Source: an uncultured Chloroflexia bacterium | GTDB taxonomy: Bacteria > Chloroflexota > Anaerolineae > Anaerolineales > UBA4823 | Direction of reading: 5' to 3' | DNA length: 64,000 nt | NCBI GenBank assembly: GCA_963842455.1 | Contig: CAWJHE010000005.1 | Location: forward strand, 21,909 to 85,908 | Part shown: positions 8,134-18,273 of the stretch, one piece after another | How the letters are laid out: every line of letters starts with the position of its first letter | How positions within the stretch are numbered: the stretch's first letter is position 1 | Translations under genes and position numbers: made by a program | Notes under the pieces: model-generated | Database searches by the model: none | Seen by the model: only the letters and a program-made list of their open reading frames with translations | Told to the model about the DNA's origin: nothing

Positions 8134-9810
8134 ATGAAAGAATATAAAAAAACAATTACACAGGAACTTAGAATGAGATCGAGTAGCTTATGGTATAAGA
8201 ACGCTGTTTTTTATCAAGTATATGTACGTGCATATTTTGATAGCAATGGTGATGGTCATGGAGACATCCAAGGGGTGACCCAAAAATTGGATTATTTACA
8301 GGATCTAGGGATTGATTGTATCTGGTTGATGCCTGTTTACCCTTCACCATTGAAAGATGACGGTTATGATATTGCAGATTATTATGGTGTACTTAGAGAA
8401 TATGGAAGCATTGATGATCTGAGAGAATTGGTAGAAGCAGCACACCAGAGAGGCATATACGTAATAACTGATTTGGTCCTAAATCACACATCGGATCAAC
8501 ATCCCTGGTTCCAAGCTGCACGAAGCAACCGCCAATCACCTTATCGGGATTATTATGTCTGGAGTGATACAGACCAGAAATACAGCCAGGCACGTGTGAT
8601 TTTCATTGATACACTTAAATCGAATTGGACCTGGGATGAGCAAGCAGGCCAGTATTTTTGGCATCGTTTCTATAGCTCACAGCCCGATTTGAACTACGAT
8701 AATCCTGCAGTGCAAGCTGAAATGGAGAATGTCGCCCGGTTCTGGCTAGACATCGGTGTGGATGGCTTCCGTGCGGATGCTGTACCATACCTGTTTGAGC
8801 GAGAAGGCACTATTTGCGAAAATCTTCCTGAGACACATGTCTATTTGAAAAAGCTGCGTCGTTTATTTGATCAACATTATCCCGACAAAATCTTATTGTG
8901 TGAAGCGAACCAGTGGCCGGAAGATGTGCGTCCTTATTTTGGAGATGGCGACGAATTTCACATGGGCTTTCATTTCCCAGTGATGCCACGTATTTATATG
9001 GCGCTTCGCAAAGGGGATCGAGAGCCGCTGGAGTGGATACTGAACCGGACTCCAGAAATCCCGGAAAATTGTCAATGGTGCGTTTTCTTGAGAAACCATG
9101 ATGAATTGACCCTGGAAATGGTTACAGAAGATGAGCGGCAGTGGATGTGGTCTGAATATGCACCGGAACAACGTATGCGCCTCAACCTGGGTATACGCAG
9201 AAGGCTAGCCCCCTTGCTGGATAATGATCTCCGCAAACTTGCATTGGCAAACTCACTATTATTTACCCTGCCTGGATCGCCGATCATTTATTACGGGGAT
9301 GAAATTGGTATGGGGGAAAATATCTGGCTGCCTGATCGAAATGGAGTCCGGACGCCGATGCAATGGTCTGATGAGAAAAATGCGGGTTTTTCAGCGGCTG
9401 ATCCTGAAGCCTTGTATGCTCCGTTGATTTCGAATGAGGCTTATCATTGGCGACAAGTCAATGTTGACGCGCAAAAACGAGATCCCAGTTCGCTTTGGAA
9501 TATGATCCGGAAAATGATCTCTATTCGGAAAACAAACCCTGTATTTGGTCATGGAAAGTTGGCTTGGGTGAAGACTAGGGACACGGGGATTGCGGCTTAC
9601 TGGCGGTTTGACCAGGATCATCACATCTTGGTGATCAACAATTTAACCGACCAGGTAACACGCGTTTTGATACCCGACCAACCATTTGATGTACTTGATT
9701 TTTCCGACATGCATCGCGAATCGGAGATTCGAATACAACCGGATGAACAATGGTCTGTTGAATTAGGTCCTTTTGAATATCGATGGTTGAAGGCGTCGAT
9801 AAGGAAATGA
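8134..9810 (+). CDS. treS: Trehalose synthase / maltose alpha-D-glucosyltransferase (GH13); alternative start 8173
   Basis: WYKNAVFYQ, DLVLNHTSDQHPWFQ, GFRADAVPYL, EANQWPED, FLRNHDELTLEMVT, NLGIRRRLAPLL. Confidence 0.92.
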   Translation: MKEYKKTITQELRMRSSSLWYKNAVFYQVYVRAYFDSNGDGHGDIQGVTQKLDYLQDLGIDCIWLMPVYPSPLKDDGYDIADYYGVLREYGSIDDLRELVEAAHQRGIYVITDLVLNHTSDQHPWFQAARSNRQSPYRDYYVWSDTDQKYSQARVIFIDTLKSNWTWDEQAGQYFWHRFYSSQPDLNYDNPAVQAEMENVARFWLDIGVDGFRADAVPYLFEREGTICENLPETHVYLKKLRRLFDQHYPDKILLCEANQWPEDVRPYFGDGDEFHMGFHFPVMPRIYMALRKGDREPLEWILNRTPEIPENCQWCVFLRNHDELTLEMVTEDERQWMWSEYAPEQRMRLNLGIRRRLAPLLDNDLRKLALANSLLFTLPGSPIIYYGDEIGMGENIWLPDRNGVRTPMQWSDEKNAGFSAADPEALYAPLISNEAYHWRQVNVDAQKRDPSSLWNMIRKMISIRKTNPVFGHGKLAWVKTRDTGIAAYWRFDQDHHILVINNLTDQVTRVLIPDQPFDVLDFSDMHRESEIRIQPDEQWSVELGPFEYRWLKASIRK

Positions 9811-10820
9811 AATCAGCTACAATTCGCGACGTTGCCAGGAAAGCAGGAGTAGGATTAGGGACTGTATCACGTGTCTTAAATAATAGCCCATTTGTATCTG
9901 AGGCGACTCGCGAAAGGGTCAGGGTTGTTATTGATGATTTGCACTATGTTCCGAATGTCACCGCTCGCCGTTTGTCGCTTGGGAAAACATTAACCATTGC
10001 GGTAATTGTTCCTTTTTTTACCAGGCCATCTTTCATTGAACGGTTACGAGGAATTGAGCATACCCTGACTGAAAGTGATTATGACCTGATTATTTATAAT
10101 GTTGAGACGGTCAAGCGGCGCGATGAATGTATGCGAGAAATTCCCCATAGAGATCTGGCAGATGGTGTCTTGATTCTCTCTCTATCGCCCCAGGATGATG
10201 ATATTCCCTACCTGGAACGAGCAGATGTCCCAATCGTATTAGTGGATGCCAATCATAACTCACTGGCTGCGCTAAATCGGGTCATTGTAAATGATGTAGA
10301 TGGCGGGGAAAAAGCCACACAACACCTGATTGATCTTGGCCACCGTAAGATTGGTTACATCAGCGATTATTTGGAAGACCCATTCAATTTCACATCGAGT
10401 TATGATCGTTTTTTGGGATATTGCCAGGCATTAAGTAGGGCGGGCATTAATTTTCGGCCTGAATTCCATGCGCAGGGAAGTCATGGCCGCTTTGAAGCAA
10501 GGATGTTAGCTTCTCAGATGTTGAAATTGGAGGATCGACCAACTGCCATCTTTGCTGCCAGTGATACCCAAGCCATGGGAGTGGTAGAGGCAGCGCGAGA
10601 ACTCGGGTTAAAAATTCCTGAAGACTTATCGATTATTGGATATGATGATATAGAAGTAGCCGAATACCTGGGCTTGACCACTATTCGCCAGATGTTATAC
10701 GAGTCTGGACAGCGTGGAGTCGAATTATTGCTCAACACAATTGAGAGCAAGCCCGTTGTTCCTGTTTGTGAAATTATGCCAACTGAACTTGTTGTCCGGC
10801 GAACAACTTCACCCGTTTAA
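9807..10820 (+). CDS. Second LacI-family regulator
   Basis: TIRDVARKAGVGLGTVSRVLN, IPEDLSIIGYDD. ATGA overlap with the treS stop. Confidence 0.95.
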   Translation: MKSATIRDVARKAGVGLGTVSRVLNNSPFVSEATRERVRVVIDDLHYVPNVTARRLSLGKTLTIAVIVPFFTRPSFIERLRGIEHTLTESDYDLIIYNVETVKRRDECMREIPHRDLADGVLILSLSPQDDDIPYLERADVPIVLVDANHNSLAALNRVIVNDVDGGEKATQHLIDLGHRKIGYISDYLEDPFNFTSSYDRFLGYCQALSRAGINFRPEFHAQGSHGRFEARMLASQMLKLEDRPTAIFAASDTQAMGVVEAARELGLKIPEDLSIIGYDDIEVAEYLGLTTIRQMLYESGQRGVELLLNTIESKPVVPVCEIMPTELVVRRTTSPV

Positions 10821-10851
10821 ATAGATATTGCTATCAAATTTGGAGATAAAT

Positions 10852-11760
10852 ATGAGTGGCGATATAGTTGGAGCAATTGAAGCTGGTGGAACCAAGTTTG
10901 TTTGTGCCTTAGGAAGTGGTCCACAGGATGTCCGGGAACTCACCCATTTTCCAACCACTAATCCTGAAGAGACAATCTCTCGGGCTGTGCATTTCTTTCA
11001 AGACAATCTCAAGAGTGGAGAGCAGCTTAAGGCAATTGGGATCGCCTCATTTGGCCCATTGGATCCTGATCTAAAATCACCTACATATGGTTTTATTACA
11101 GCCACGCCTAAACCGGGATGGTCGAATTTTGATTTTGTTGGCGCAGTTCAAAAATCTTTTTCTGTACCGGTAAGTTTTGATACGGATGTAAATGGCGCCG
11201 CATTAGGGGAGTGGAGATGGGGGAATGCCCAAGGCTTGGATACTTTCATTTACATGACGATTGGCACTGGAATTGGAGGCGGTGGTTTATCGAACGGCAA
11301 GTTGATGCATGGTTTAATCCACCCTGAAATGGGGCATATCCCTTTGCCGCACGATTGGAAGCTGGATCCATTTCCGGGAGCATGTCCTTTTCATGGAGAT
11401 TGTCTTGAAGGCATGGCGGCTGGACCGGCTTTGGAGAAACGGTGGGGGAATAGGGCTGAGAATTTCCCGGCTGACCACCCGGCATGGGATTTGGAAGCAC
11501 ATTACCTGGCCGTTGGTTTGGTTAGTCTGATCTGCTCCCTTTCTCCACAGAGAATCATCCTGGGTGGAGGAGTTATGCAGCAGGCACATCTTTTCCAGAT
11601 GGTTCGAGAAAAAGTTGTAAGATACTTGAATGGCTACGTTCAGTCTCCATTAATTTTAGAAAAAATTGATCAGTATATTGTTCCTCCTGCGTTAGGTTCT
11701 CGGGCTGGCGTATTAGGCGCTTTGGCTTTGGCGCAGCAAGCGATGCATCGAATCAATTAA
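10852..11760 (+). CDS. ROK-family sugar kinase, fructokinase-like
   Basis: [53 protein letters not shown] precedes ATG 10852. Confidence 0.9.
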   Translation: MSGDIVGAIEAGGTKFVCALGSGPQDVRELTHFPTTNPEETISRAVHFFQDNLKSGEQLKAIGIASFGPLDPDLKSPTYGFITATPKPGWSNFDFVGAVQKSFSVPVSFDTDVNGAALGEWRWGNAQGLDTFIYMTIGTGIGGGGLSNGKLMHGLIHPEMGHIPLPHDWKLDPFPGACPFHGDCLEGMAAGPALEKRWGNRAENFPADHPAWDLEAHYLAVGLVSLICSLSPQRIILGGGVMQQAHLFQMVREKVVRYLNGYVQSPLILEKIDQYIVPPALGSRAGVLGALALAQQAMHRIN

Positions 11761-11778
11761 GGTTTGTTGGAAAATACT

Positions 11779-13740
11779 ATGTTTGAAGATCACCTGGCTA
11801 ACCAAAAGAAAATAAATATTTCTCTGGCTCGGTTGCTGCCGCGCTTGCAGGACCAATATGCCAAAATACTAAGCAAAACGAGTACGGAGACTGAAGACGC
11901 AGGATGGGAACCATTCCGTGACCGTCTAATAGAACATTTTCCTCGCCTATTCACATTGTATTATCAGCTTTATGCTCAGAATTATGATTTTTTCTATCAT
12001 CTAGAAGATCTATTGCTCCGGTTAATGAAATCATGGTTAGATCGTTCTGCAGAATTGAAAGTCCTAGACAACCATCGCGAAAATTTTCCAGATTGGTTTC
12101 AGTCGGAGAAAATGGTTGGGGGAGTTTGTTATGTTGATCTTTTTGCCGGTGATTTATCAGGAATTCGATCGAAAATTCCGTATTTCAAGGAATTAGGATT
12201 AAATTATTTACATCTTATGCCATTGTTCAAAGTTCCAGCTGGGGAAAATGATGGCGGCTATGCGGTTAGCAGTTACCGTGATGTCGATCCGAGATTGGGA
12301 ACAATGGATGAGTTAAGAAAATTATCTAACGAATTGAGAGAATCTGGGATTAGCCTGGTATTGGATCTGGTTTTTAATCACACGTCTGATGAACATGAAT
12401 GGGCAAGGAAAGCCCTGGATGGGGATGAATATTACCAGGCATTTTATCGTATGTTTCCCGATCGAAGCATGCCAGATGCTTACGAGCGAAATATGCGTGA
12501 AATATTTCCGGATGAACATCCAGGCGCGTTTACATATCGTCCGGAAATCCGGCACTGGGTTTGGACCACCTTTCATTCCTACCAATGGGATCTAAATTAT
12601 GCCAACCCTGCTGTGTTCAACCATATGGCAGATGAAATGCTTTACCTGGCAAATGTTGGAGTAGAAGTTCTCAGGTTAGATGCAGTCGCCTTTATTTGGA
12701 AGCAGCTTGGGACAGGTTCCGAAAATTTGCCAGAGGCGCATTTGTTAATCCAGGCTTTTAACGCTGTGGCTCGTATTGCTGCCCCATCTTTGATGTTTAA
12801 ATCTGAAGCGATTGTCCATCCTGATGAAGTCGTTAAATATATCCGGCCGGATGAATGTCAGTTATCCTATAATCCATTGGTCATGTCATTAATGTGGAAT
12901 TCGCTAGCGACGAGAGAAGTTCAATTACTCGATCAGGCTCTGCGCGAACGATTCAAGATTCCGGTCGACTGTGCATGGGTAAATTACATTCGCTGTCATG
13001 ATGATATTGGCTGGACATTTTCGGATGAAGATGCTTCTCGACTGGGGATCAATGGTTATGATCACCGGAAGTTCCTGAATGACTTCTATACCGGGCGATT
13101 CGAAGGCAGTTTTGCCAGAGGTTTGCCTTTTCAGGAGAATCCTAAAACTGGGGATGCACGTATTTCCGGTACTTGTGCATCTTTGGCTGGGTTGGAAAAA
13201 GCCCTGGATTGCGAAACAGAATGGGAAGTAGAGCTGGCTATCCGGCGTATACTTTTGCTGCATGGTGTCATGATGACTTTGGGGGGAATACCTCTCATTT
13301 ACTTAGGAGATGAGACCGGTGTGTTGAATGATTACAAGTATCGAAAAGATCCAGCGAAAGCGCATGATAGCCGTTGGGTGCATCGCCCAGCCACCAATTG
13401 GGATGAGGTAGAATTGCGAAATGACCTTACTTCTATTCAGGGGCGAATCTTCCAAGCTTTAAGCAAATTCATTGAAATGCGAAAATCTACAGTCTGTTTA
13501 TCCGGTCATGAAATGCAGGTGATGAATACGGGCAATAACCATGTATTAGGGTTTCTTCGCATTTCGGAAAATCGTCGAGCTATTATTCTGGCAAATTTTT
13601 CCGAAGCGGAGCAGCATTTACAAGGTAATTTATTGCGTATTTATGGAATAGCACCATCCTTCACTGATCTGATAACTAAACAACGGATAGCAGCACAGGA
13701 GATCATTTTGGCGCCTTACCAGTTGCTATGCCTGGTTTAA
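11779..13740 (+). CDS. Amylosucrase / sucrose hydrolase-like GH13 enzyme
   Basis: YVDLFAG, DGGYAV, RLDAVAFIWK, KSEAIVHP, YIRCHDDIGW, RISGT, DSRWVHRP. Confidence 0.9.
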   Translation: MFEDHLANQKKINISLARLLPRLQDQYAKILSKTSTETEDAGWEPFRDRLIEHFPRLFTLYYQLYAQNYDFFYHLEDLLLRLMKSWLDRSAELKVLDNHRENFPDWFQSEKMVGGVCYVDLFAGDLSGIRSKIPYFKELGLNYLHLMPLFKVPAGENDGGYAVSSYRDVDPRLGTMDELRKLSNELRESGISLVLDLVFNHTSDEHEWARKALDGDEYYQAFYRMFPDRSMPDAYERNMREIFPDEHPGAFTYRPEIRHWVWTTFHSYQWDLNYANPAVFNHMADEMLYLANVGVEVLRLDAVAFIWKQLGTGSENLPEAHLLIQAFNAVARIAAPSLMFKSEAIVHPDEVVKYIRPDECQLSYNPLVMSLMWNSLATREVQLLDQALRERFKIPVDCAWVNYIRCHDDIGWTFSDEDASRLGINGYDHRKFLNDFYTGRFEGSFARGLPFQENPKTGDARISGTCASLAGLEKALDCETEWEVELAIRRILLLHGVMMTLGGIPLIYLGDETGVLNDYKYRKDPAKAHDSRWVHRPATNWDEVELRNDLTSIQGRIFQALSKFIEMRKSTVCLSGHEMQVMNTGNNHVLGFLRISENRRAIILANFSEAEQHLQGNLLRIYGIAPSFTDLITKQRIAAQEIILAPYQLLCLV

Positions 13741-13896
13741 TGGAAGATATCAGCTTTTTTGGCAAAAATCATGAAATAAAAGTGATCTTCTGCTTAATGC
13801 ATACAGGATACCTATCCATTGTCAATTTGTCTGATATCTGTCACAATTAACCCGATGTTAAAAAAAGTGAAAATAATCTAGGAAAGGGCCAATACG

Positions 13897-15822
13897 ATGA
13901 GTAATATGAAAGATTTTCCAGGACTACGAAAGTTCACTCCAATCCCGCTTAAGCTGAAGGATCCAGTGCCGTCAGACATTGAGATTGCTCAAGATGCAGA
14001 TCTTAAACCCATCCAGACCATTGCGGAAGAAGTTGGCTTATTGCCATCTGAAATCGAGTTTCATGGGGAACACAAGGCCAAGGTGCGCCTTGAGTCATTG
14101 GATCGTTTGAAGGATGTTCCAGACGGAAAATATATCCTGATTACGGCTATAACTCCAACACCGCTAGGTGAGGGAAAAAGCACTACGATGGTCGGTTTGA
14201 GCCAGGCTTTAGGAGCTCACCTGGGCAAGCGTGTTTTTACATGCATCCGGCAGCCAAGCCAGGGACCGACATTTGGAATTAAAGGTGGTGCAGCTGGCGG
14301 CGGTTTCAGCCAGGTTGTGCCGATGGAAGATTTTAACCTCCATTTGACTGGAGACATTCACGCGATTACAGCGGCCAACAACCTGGTAGCTGCAGCGATT
14401 GATGCTCGAGTTTTCCACGAATCCACTCAAGATGATGAGAAGCTGTTCAATGCTCTTTGTCCGCCAAATAAAAAAGGGGAACGGAAGTTTGCTCCTTCTA
14501 TGCTGCGCAGATTGAAGAAGTTGGGAATTGACAAGACAGACCCCAATGAATTGACCCAGGAAGAGAGAAGCCGCTTTGCTCGCCTGGATATAGATCCGGA
14601 TAGCATCACCTGGCGCCGGGTCGTGGATACCAACGATCGTTTCTTACGTGAGATTACGATTGGTAAAGGTCCCGAAGAAAAAGGCATGACTCGAGAGACC
14701 GGTTTTGATATCACAGTCGCTAGCGAAATCATGGCAATCCTGGCTTTAACCAGTGACCTACCTGATATGCGTGAGCGGTTTGGACGTGTGGTGATTGGTA
14801 CCAGCAGAAAAGGTGAGGCCGTAACAGCTGAAGACCTGGGCGTCGCAGGCGCCATGACAGTTTTGATGAAAGAAGCGATCAAGCCGACCCTGATGCAAAC
14901 CCTGGAAGGCACCCCTGTATTTGTCCACGCTGGTCCATTTGCCAATATTGCCCACGGCAATAGCTCCATCATTGCAGACAAGATTGCTTTAAAACTAGCA
15001 GACTATGTGGTAACTGAAGCAGGCTTTGGCGCTGACATTGGCATGGAGAAATTCTTCAATATCAAATGCCGTTATTCTGGCCTGGTTCCCAACGTAGTGG
15101 TATTGGTCGCGACAGTTCGTGCGCTCAAGATGCATGGGGGCGGACCCAAGGTCGTAGCAGGCAAGCCTTTGGATGCTGCTTATATCGATGAGAATCTGGA
15201 TCTTCTGCGGGCTGGTTTAGGTAACATGCAGCACCATATTAAGAATGCTCTGCGATTCGGTATTCCTGTTGTGGTGGCGGTCAATTCCTTCGCTACGGAT
15301 ACCCCAGCCGAGGTGGAACTGGTACGTCAAGCTGCCCTGGATGCGGGTGCAGAAGATGCTGTTGTTAGCACTCACTGGTCCCATGGTGGAAAAGGCGCTT
15401 ATAAATTAGCTGAAGCAGTGGTTAGAGCAGTTGAAAAACCCAGCAACTTCCAGTTCCTTTACCCGCTAGAGAAGTCGATCAAAGAGAAGATTGAGATCAT
15501 TTGTAAAGAAATTTACGGCGCTGATGGCGTGGAATTTTCGCCAGAAGCAGAAGCGAAGGTTGAGCTCTATACACGGCTTGGCTTTGATAAGCTGCCTTTG
15601 TGCATGGCAAAGACCCACCTCAGTTTAAGCCATGATCCCAGTTTGAAGGGTGTTCCAAAAGGTTTTGTTGTGCCGATCCGCGATATCCGCGCATCCGTAG
15701 GCGCAGGTTTCTTGTATCCCTTACTGGGAACAATGCGCACCATGCCTGGGCTGCCCACTCGACCGGTATTCTATGATGTAGACCTGGATTTGGAAACTAA
15801 CCGAGTGCTAGGTTTGTTCTAA
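13897..15822 (+). CDS. fhs: Formate--tetrahydrofolate ligase, long eukaryote-type form
   Basis: [62 protein letters not shown]. Confidence 0.96.
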   Translation: MSNMKDFPGLRKFTPIPLKLKDPVPSDIEIAQDADLKPIQTIAEEVGLLPSEIEFHGEHKAKVRLESLDRLKDVPDGKYILITAITPTPLGEGKSTTMVGLSQALGAHLGKRVFTCIRQPSQGPTFGIKGGAAGGGFSQVVPMEDFNLHLTGDIHAITAANNLVAAAIDARVFHESTQDDEKLFNALCPPNKKGERKFAPSMLRRLKKLGIDKTDPNELTQEERSRFARLDIDPDSITWRRVVDTNDRFLREITIGKGPEEKGMTRETGFDITVASEIMAILALTSDLPDMRERFGRVVIGTSRKGEAVTAEDLGVAGAMTVLMKEAIKPTLMQTLEGTPVFVHAGPFANIAHGNSSIIADKIALKLADYVVTEAGFGADIGMEKFFNIKCRYSGLVPNVVVLVATVRALKMHGGGPKVVAGKPLDAAYIDENLDLLRAGLGNMQHHIKNALRFGIPVVVAVNSFATDTPAEVELVRQAALDAGAEDAVVSTHWSHGGKGAYKLAEAVVRAVEKPSNFQFLYPLEKSIKEKIEIICKEIYGADGVEFSPEAEAKVELYTRLGFDKLPLCMAKTHLSLSHDPSLKGVPKGFVVPIRDIRASVGAGFLYPLLGTMRTMPGLPTRPVFYDVDLDLETNRVLGLF

Positions 15823-15844
15823 ATTCCATTTGAGTATTAACAAG

Positions 15845-15878
15845 AAAATCCCGAGAGGCCACAATCTCTCGGGATTTT
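15845..15878. terminator. Bidirectional intrinsic terminator between convergent fhs and tilS
   Basis: AAAATCCCGAGAG-N8-CTCTCGGGATTTT. Confidence 0.8.
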
Positions 15879-15902
15879 GTTATGGTTCAAAGTTAACATA
15901 GC

Positions 15903-17345
15903 CTACTTCGATATGGTTGGCTTTCTTTCGAGTTTGAAATGAATGATTCTCTTGGTATCGGGCGAAACCCTGGTGTGATGGGCGATTTGAAATCCAGGAA
16001 TCCAGATAATTTCACCTGGGGAAGTTAATATCGGCCAATTTGTGCGAGCCCTTCTTGGTAATTTTTGATTGATGAAAAAGTCAGAAATCTTTTGAGTTTT
16101 TCCTGATAACCCCAGCGGTTGAAAGTAGTCGCCGGGTTGGCGACAGCGCAAAGTTAGGGGCAGTGTGATTTGATCAAAATCCATCCAAGCCAGATAAGGA
16201 TCTGGGTTTGATGATGCATCTGACAGATTTTTTGGCGTGTTTTCTACTACCTGGCTGATCAGCAGCCACCCTTCACCCAGGTTAAGTTCACCAGGGACTT
16301 CCAGATTTATACTTGCATTGGACTGCAATTGAGGCCAGTGGTTACCTGGTAAGAAAGCTAGTTGGTCGAAAATATGGAAGGAATTTTTCTCAGAATAAAG
16401 TTGCAGACCAGCGGCCAGACGAGAAAAATTGCTTTTCGGCGGCTCTTTAAGAAATTGGATAACTTGCTCGATATTTTGGAATTCTATATCATTCAGATCC
16501 GGCAATAAATGCATAAACGCATTGCGTACTAATCGTCTTTGTATTCCCAGGGGCTGTTCAGAGAAAACAACAGTATTGAATTGGAGGTAGTCTTTTCCTG
16601 CTGAGATCAAACATTGATTCCAGGCGCGTTGAGTGGTCGCATGCAGGACTTGCTCATCTTGCTCCAGGATACCAGACATTTGGAACAGATTTTGCCTAAT
16701 GCGGGGGTTGAATTTTTCCAGGAAAGGAATTAATTCATGGCGGATACGGTTACGGAAATATTTTGTATCCAGGTTGCTCATATCCTCATAGGGGTTATAA
16801 GGTTTGTCAGCCAGGTATTCAAGAATTTGTTGGCGCCAGATATCCATGATTGGCCGTATTAAAGGAATCGTTTGGCTCCATGGATTAGGTAGATTGAAAT
16901 ATTTCATGCCGGCTAAGCCCGAAAGGCCTGTGCCGCGCAAAAGGTGTAATAGGATCGTTTCAACTTGATCATCTGCTGTGTGCCCAATGGCTACAGCCTG
17001 AGCTTTTTGCGTTTCGGCTTGCCTGAAGAGAAATTCGTAGCGGAGTTGCCTGGCTGCCTGCTCAACCGATAGTTTTTGGGTCTTTGCGTATTTGCCTACG
17101 TCCAGGCTCTCAATGAGAACGGGGATATTTAACTGGGCAGCCACCCTTTTTACACCATCGGCTTCTTGACTGGATTCCGGGCGTAACTGGTGATCCAGGT
17201 GTGCAATGACAAGATTGTAACCAAGCTGATGCAGGACATCCAACAAGAAAATACTATCTGGTCCACCTGATACGCCAACCAGGATAAGTTGATCAGCTTG
17301 TAAATGGCAGGTCTTTTGAAGGTTTTTAGTAATTATTTCCAACAT
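15903..17345 (-). CDS. tilS: tRNA(Ile)-lysidine synthetase
   Basis: VSGGPDS PP-loop, ARQLRY, HTADDQVET, RNRIRH, C-terminal TilS_C domain. Confidence 0.95.
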   Translation of the reverse strand: MLEIITKNLQKTCHLQADQLILVGVSGGPDSIFLLDVLHQLGYNLVIAHLDHQLRPESSQEADGVKRVAAQLNIPVLIESLDVGKYAKTQKLSVEQAARQLRYEFLFRQAETQKAQAVAIGHTADDQVETILLHLLRGTGLSGLAGMKYFNLPNPWSQTIPLIRPIMDIWRQQILEYLADKPYNPYEDMSNLDTKYFRNRIRHELIPFLEKFNPRIRQNLFQMSGILEQDEQVLHATTQRAWNQCLISAGKDYLQFNTVVFSEQPLGIQRRLVRNAFMHLLPDLNDIEFQNIEQVIQFLKEPPKSNFSRLAAGLQLYSEKNSFHIFDQLAFLPGNHWPQLQSNASINLEVPGELNLGEGWLLISQVVENTPKNLSDASSNPDPYLAWMDFDQITLPLTLRCRQPGDYFQPLGLSGKTQKISDFFINQKLPRRARTNWPILTSPGEIIWIPGFQIAHHTRVSPDTKRIIHFKLERKPTISK

Positions 17346-17476
17346 AGATACCTTTGATTATAATGGAATAGGATAGCTCCGGTTGTTCGTTTTTAGGTTG
17401 GAAATATGGAAAGAGCTTGCATCCGGAAAAGGATTGTGCTAGACTTTTGATTAAGGACCCCGCTGCAGGTAAAGGA

Positions 17477-18256
17477 ATGGCAGAAATTTTGAACTCGATT
17501 GAAATGAAGATCCGCTGTGCAACCGATATCCTGAAGGGGAGCAAGCGAGGGGTTGTCCTTACCGGGGCAGGTGTTTCCACGCCTTCAGGCATTCCCGATT
17601 TCCGTTCTGTTACCAGTGGTCTGTGGGAGCGATACGATCCTATGAAGGTCGCCTCGCTGACCTCTTTCAGGCATCATCCGGAAGATTTTTTCGATTGGAT
17701 GCGAAACCTTGCTAAGGAAATTCACCTGGCACAACCAAACCCAGCGCATTATGGTGTGGCACAATTGGAAGAGGCTGGTTATATCCAAACGGTGATCACT
17801 CAAAATATTGATGCTCTGCACCAGCGCGCAGGTTCTAAACAGGTTTTGGAAGTACATGGATCCATGCGATCGCTAACCTGCGTCCGTTGTTATGCCAAAG
17901 TTGGATCTGCACCTTTTATGGATGCGTACCTTGAAGGGGGAGTGATACCCAAATGCGAAAACTGTGGCAGTATCTTAAAACCAGATTTGGTTTTATTTGG
18001 AGAACAATTGCCCCACAAAACCTGGCTGGCCGCCCAAGATGCGAGTAAGAAATGCGATGTTATGCTAGTTGCAGGATCATCTTTGGAAGTACTGCCTGTG
18101 GCTGGTTTACCAATGCGAGCTTTAGAAAATGGGGCTCACTTAATTCTGATCAACCATTCTGAGACATATCTGGATGTGCGTGCGGATGTGGTTTTTCATG
18201 AGGATGTTGATCTGGTAATTCCCCGCCTGGTTGAAAAATTAATCCAACAGTCGTAA
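17477..18256 (+). CDS. cobB: NAD-dependent protein deacylase (Sir2/CobB family)
   Basis: TGAGVSTPSGIPDFR, TQNIDALHQRAG, HG, two CxxC pairs, GSSL. Start set at ATG 17477. Confidence 0.9.
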   Translation: MAEILNSIEMKIRCATDILKGSKRGVVLTGAGVSTPSGIPDFRSVTSGLWERYDPMKVASLTSFRHHPEDFFDWMRNLAKEIHLAQPNPAHYGVAQLEEAGYIQTVITQNIDALHQRAGSKQVLEVHGSMRSLTCVRCYAKVGSAPFMDAYLEGGVIPKCENCGSILKPDLVLFGEQLPHKTWLAAQDASKKCDVMLVAGSSLEVLPVAGLPMRALENGAHLILINHSETYLDVRADVVFHEDVDLVIPRLVEKLIQQS

Positions 18257-18273
18257 ATCTTTCTGTTTTTAGT

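Noticed and set aside
13741-13896. THF or ZMP/ZTP riboswitch upstream of fhs
   Set aside because: AT-rich, with no conserved riboswitch motifs visible.
17477-18256. Sir2 protein as an anti-phage (Thoeris/DSR) effector
   Set aside because: It is a canonical zinc-binding CobB-type sirtuin in a housekeeping context.
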